From contig JBBCAX010000029.1 in NCBI GenBank assembly GCA_051382335.1, positions 1 to 18,304 on the forward strand: DNA of 18,304 nt, given 5' to 3'. Positions 16,221-18,304 of the stretch are shown here, piece after piece. This DNA is from Deltaproteobacteria bacterium TL4. GTDB lineage: Bacteria > SAR324 > NAC60-12. Within the stretch, counting starts at the first letter, position 1, and each line of letters begins with the position of its first letter. The notes under the pieces were generated by a model. It saw only the letters and a program-made list of their open reading frames with translations, ran no database searches and was not told where the DNA came from. The position numbers were made by a program, and so were the translations under genes.

Positions 16221-16978
16221 GGAACAAGTGGCTTGTGCTGATGCTTTTGTTATTCTTGGGTACTGGTTGTTCGGGGACAGAATTTCCCAATCCTGGAGAT
16301 GAAGACAGTCAACCTGAGAGTGATAAAGCAGCAAACACTCCGGTTTCAGCGGAGAGTGAGGAGAACACGGCTTTGGACGAGGCACTTGTCGCGGGGAATG
16401 CCTCAACTACAGTTCCATTTTCTGCCTATGGATTTAATGATTGTGTTCGGTTGATGACCCCTGGCATTCATTTCAGCCTAAATTCAACAACCCTCTCTCC
16501 GTTTGTTTTTAGACGCAGGGAAGCGAGTCTGTTGCCTGAAATTTTAAGCATCGCGCCTGAGTTGTCAGAAAACAAGGAGTGGAAACTCACGGTTAGTGAA
16601 GATCAAGTACCCAAAGTGCAAGTAGAGTTTGATTTGAATCAAAACCTGTCTCAGGTATCCGCTCCTTCAGAAATGTTTTTGGCTCTGCCGGTTAAGGTTG
16701 AAAACTGTCAGGTGCAGCAAAAGGAAGCGTCGTTGCTTTTGGAACAAATCAACTATCAGGTGTTGCACAAACTAGCCTCCTTTCGTATTCCGGATTTGCC
16801 CGAAGATCGAGTGATTGAAATTGAAACCTTCGAGGAAACGTTGGGAAATGGAAGGTTGCGATTGTTAAAGTTCGTCATATCCATTTCAGAATCATCCCGC
16901 CAGGCTGTCGCTGGAGAACAGGAACCTGTGTTAAACAGGCAAACTTATACTTTTGTCGCAGAACTGGATAAACTTTGA
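16217..16978 (+). CDS. Hypothetical lipoprotein
   Basis: Signal peptide with lipobox LGTG-C, followed by GTEFPNPG and an acidic linker. ATGA overlap with the upstream gene. Confidence 0.8.
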   Translation: MRNKWLVLMLLLFLGTGCSGTEFPNPGDEDSQPESDKAANTPVSAESEENTALDEALVAGNASTTVPFSAYGFNDCVRLMTPGIHFSLNSTTLSPFVFRRREASLLPEILSIAPELSENKEWKLTVSEDQVPKVQVEFDLNQNLSQVSAPSEMFLALPVKVENCQVQQKEASLLLEQINYQVLHKLASFRIPDLPEDRVIEIETFEETLGNGRLRLLKFVISISESSRQAVAGEQEPVLNRQTYTFVAELDKL

Positions 16979-16987
16979 AATATTATC

Positions 16988-17095
16988 AGTGTTTCAGAAA
17001 AGTATTTTGGGCTGGGAGCGCAGGCGTCCCGCAGTAGGGCTGGGTTTCGCCCCAGCCATTGAGATTTTGGTCACGGGGCCGAAACCCCGTGCTAC
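16988..17095 (+). repeat. Partial copy 3 of the mini-element joined to a GTAG-type REP doublet
   Basis: 16988-17015 is identical to 4768-4795, followed by gagcgcaggcgtcccgc. 17034-17095 reads GTAGGGCTGGGTTTCGCCCCAGCC ... CACGGGGCCGAAACCCCGTGCTAC, an inverted pair of GTAG-led hairpins. Confidence 0.75.
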
Positions 17096-17160
17096 CGTTA
17101 GCTATCCCCATTCAGGGGGGTACTTTATTCTTTTCCAGATGCCTAAGGAAAGCACGATTA

Positions 17161-18051
17161 ATGAAAGCAAATAAGGGTTATCGGTTTTTTTACGTATTTT
17201 CAGTCTGCTTCGTTTTTCCATTTGTATTAAGGGCTGAAACAGAACCTCATTGGAAAGTCGGTGTGGGTGCCGTTGCCGCGCAAAGTCCCCATTATTTTGG
17301 CTCCAACCATTACTACCTGGGGGCGCTTCCCTATCCGCTACTCGGCTATCGGACAGAGCACCTTTCCGCCCAAACAGCAGATCCGGATCGCTATGGCCAG
17401 ATTTTCGTTTTCAGCAAGGAGACCCTACTTCTGGAACTGGATTTAAGTGCAAGATTTCCTGTTGAAAGCGAGTCCTTAAAGGCGAAGGCGCCTGACGGTG
17501 CAAATCGATCGGATACCCAAATCATACAAAATAGAAATTATACGAGACGAGGAATGCCCAATTTGCCACTTGCGTTGTTCATCGGGATGAAACTCAGTTG
17601 GCGACCTATTCCCTATATATTGATTGAATTACCTGTGCTTCAAGGGCTGACCGTTGAGGGCAACTCCAAAGAAGTGGGTCAAATTTTTTCTCCAACTTTT
17701 GAAATTCGATTTTTAGGAAAACAAAAAAAGAAGGCTATTAATCTTACGGCCATCTGGACTCATGGAACTCAAAATTATAACGAATTCTACTATGGGGTGC
17801 AAAACAATGAGGTGCTTTCCGATCGCCCTGAATATCATCCCAAGCAGGGCTTAACGGCCATCACTTGGGGACCGACCTTTACCTGGACCCCTAAAGCGAA
17901 TCTTTCCCTGGTAGGAGGTTATGTGTTTCATGATTTAAATAATTCCGTTGTCAGGAACAGTCCTCTGGTCAAAACACGTAATTCCCGATCCTGGGGGGTT
18001 TCAATCAATTACACTTTTGCAGAAAGTGAGCTGCAGATCAAGGTGTGGTAA
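17161..18051 (+). CDS. MipA/OmpV family outer membrane protein
   Basis: Signal peptide from ATG 17161. WKVGVG....PHYFGS.....ALPYP...Y, RRGMPNL, YNEFYYGV....DRPEY.P..G, NSPLV and terminal YTF motifs. The ORF-track start at 17059 lies inside a REP element and is unlikely. Confidence 0.88.
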   Translation: MKANKGYRFFYVFSVCFVFPFVLRAETEPHWKVGVGAVAAQSPHYFGSNHYYLGALPYPLLGYRTEHLSAQTADPDRYGQIFVFSKETLLLELDLSARFPVESESLKAKAPDGANRSDTQIIQNRNYTRRGMPNLPLALFIGMKLSWRPIPYILIELPVLQGLTVEGNSKEVGQIFSPTFEIRFLGKQKKKAINLTAIWTHGTQNYNEFYYGVQNNEVLSDRPEYHPKQGLTAITWGPTFTWTPKANLSLVGGYVFHDLNNSVVRNSPLVKTRNSRSWGVSINYTFAESELQIKVW

Positions 18052-18304
18052 CCGAATGATGGCCTCCAACCGCGACATGGCTCGATGTCAGGAATTTAAG
18101 GATTTGGCAATAATAACAATATAGATTCGCCTTTTTTTCTAATGAGGTACGTTGAAGTTTTAATCATTACATCTAATCTCGACTTTGAACAATTTGCTCA
18201 ATATTACTCCTGAATAAAATCAGAGACTTATAAAGTCGTATTAGAATTAATGATAGGTTTGGCCTGAAAAAAGGGAAATAATAACCTTGCATTAATTCAT
18301 TCAT

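Noticed and set aside
16953..17174. 73-aa ORF and the extended MipA start at 17059
   Set aside because: Both are read through REP sequences. ATG 17161 gives a proper signal peptide.

Overview
An 18.3 kb bacterial chromosomal window of moderate to low GC. The TIGR02147 regulator and beta-propeller lipoprotein hint at a deltaproteobacterial/SAR324-like host, which is inference only. The left part holds a 5'-truncated Pro-rich hypothetical gene, a 680-aa orphan and an ABC ATPase. These are followed by a compact cluster of nested mobile-element debris: an IS66-like transposase C-terminus, a 243-bp MITE-like element, an IS982-like left end and a 103-bp REP-carrying mini-element. The centre is a ~7.2 kb accessory-looking segment between two convergent tRNA genes (tRNA-Pro GGG on +, tRNA-Phe GAA on -). 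It carries a DNA-phosphorothioation-associated type methyltransferase with no dnd genes in the window, an adenosine-deaminase-family enzyme with a long insertion, and an MT-A70 methyltransferase coupled to a tiny CxxCxGxG zinc-finger gene. It also has a PlsC-type acyltransferase and a broken AAA_14 ATPase gene preceded by 22-bp tandem repeats. The right part has a beta-propeller lipoprotein divergent from a TIGR02147 HTH protein, a lipoprotein and a MipA/OmpV gene. The best candidate for a new system is the adenine-centred cluster at 5663-9939. All family assignments come from motif recognition, not database searches.
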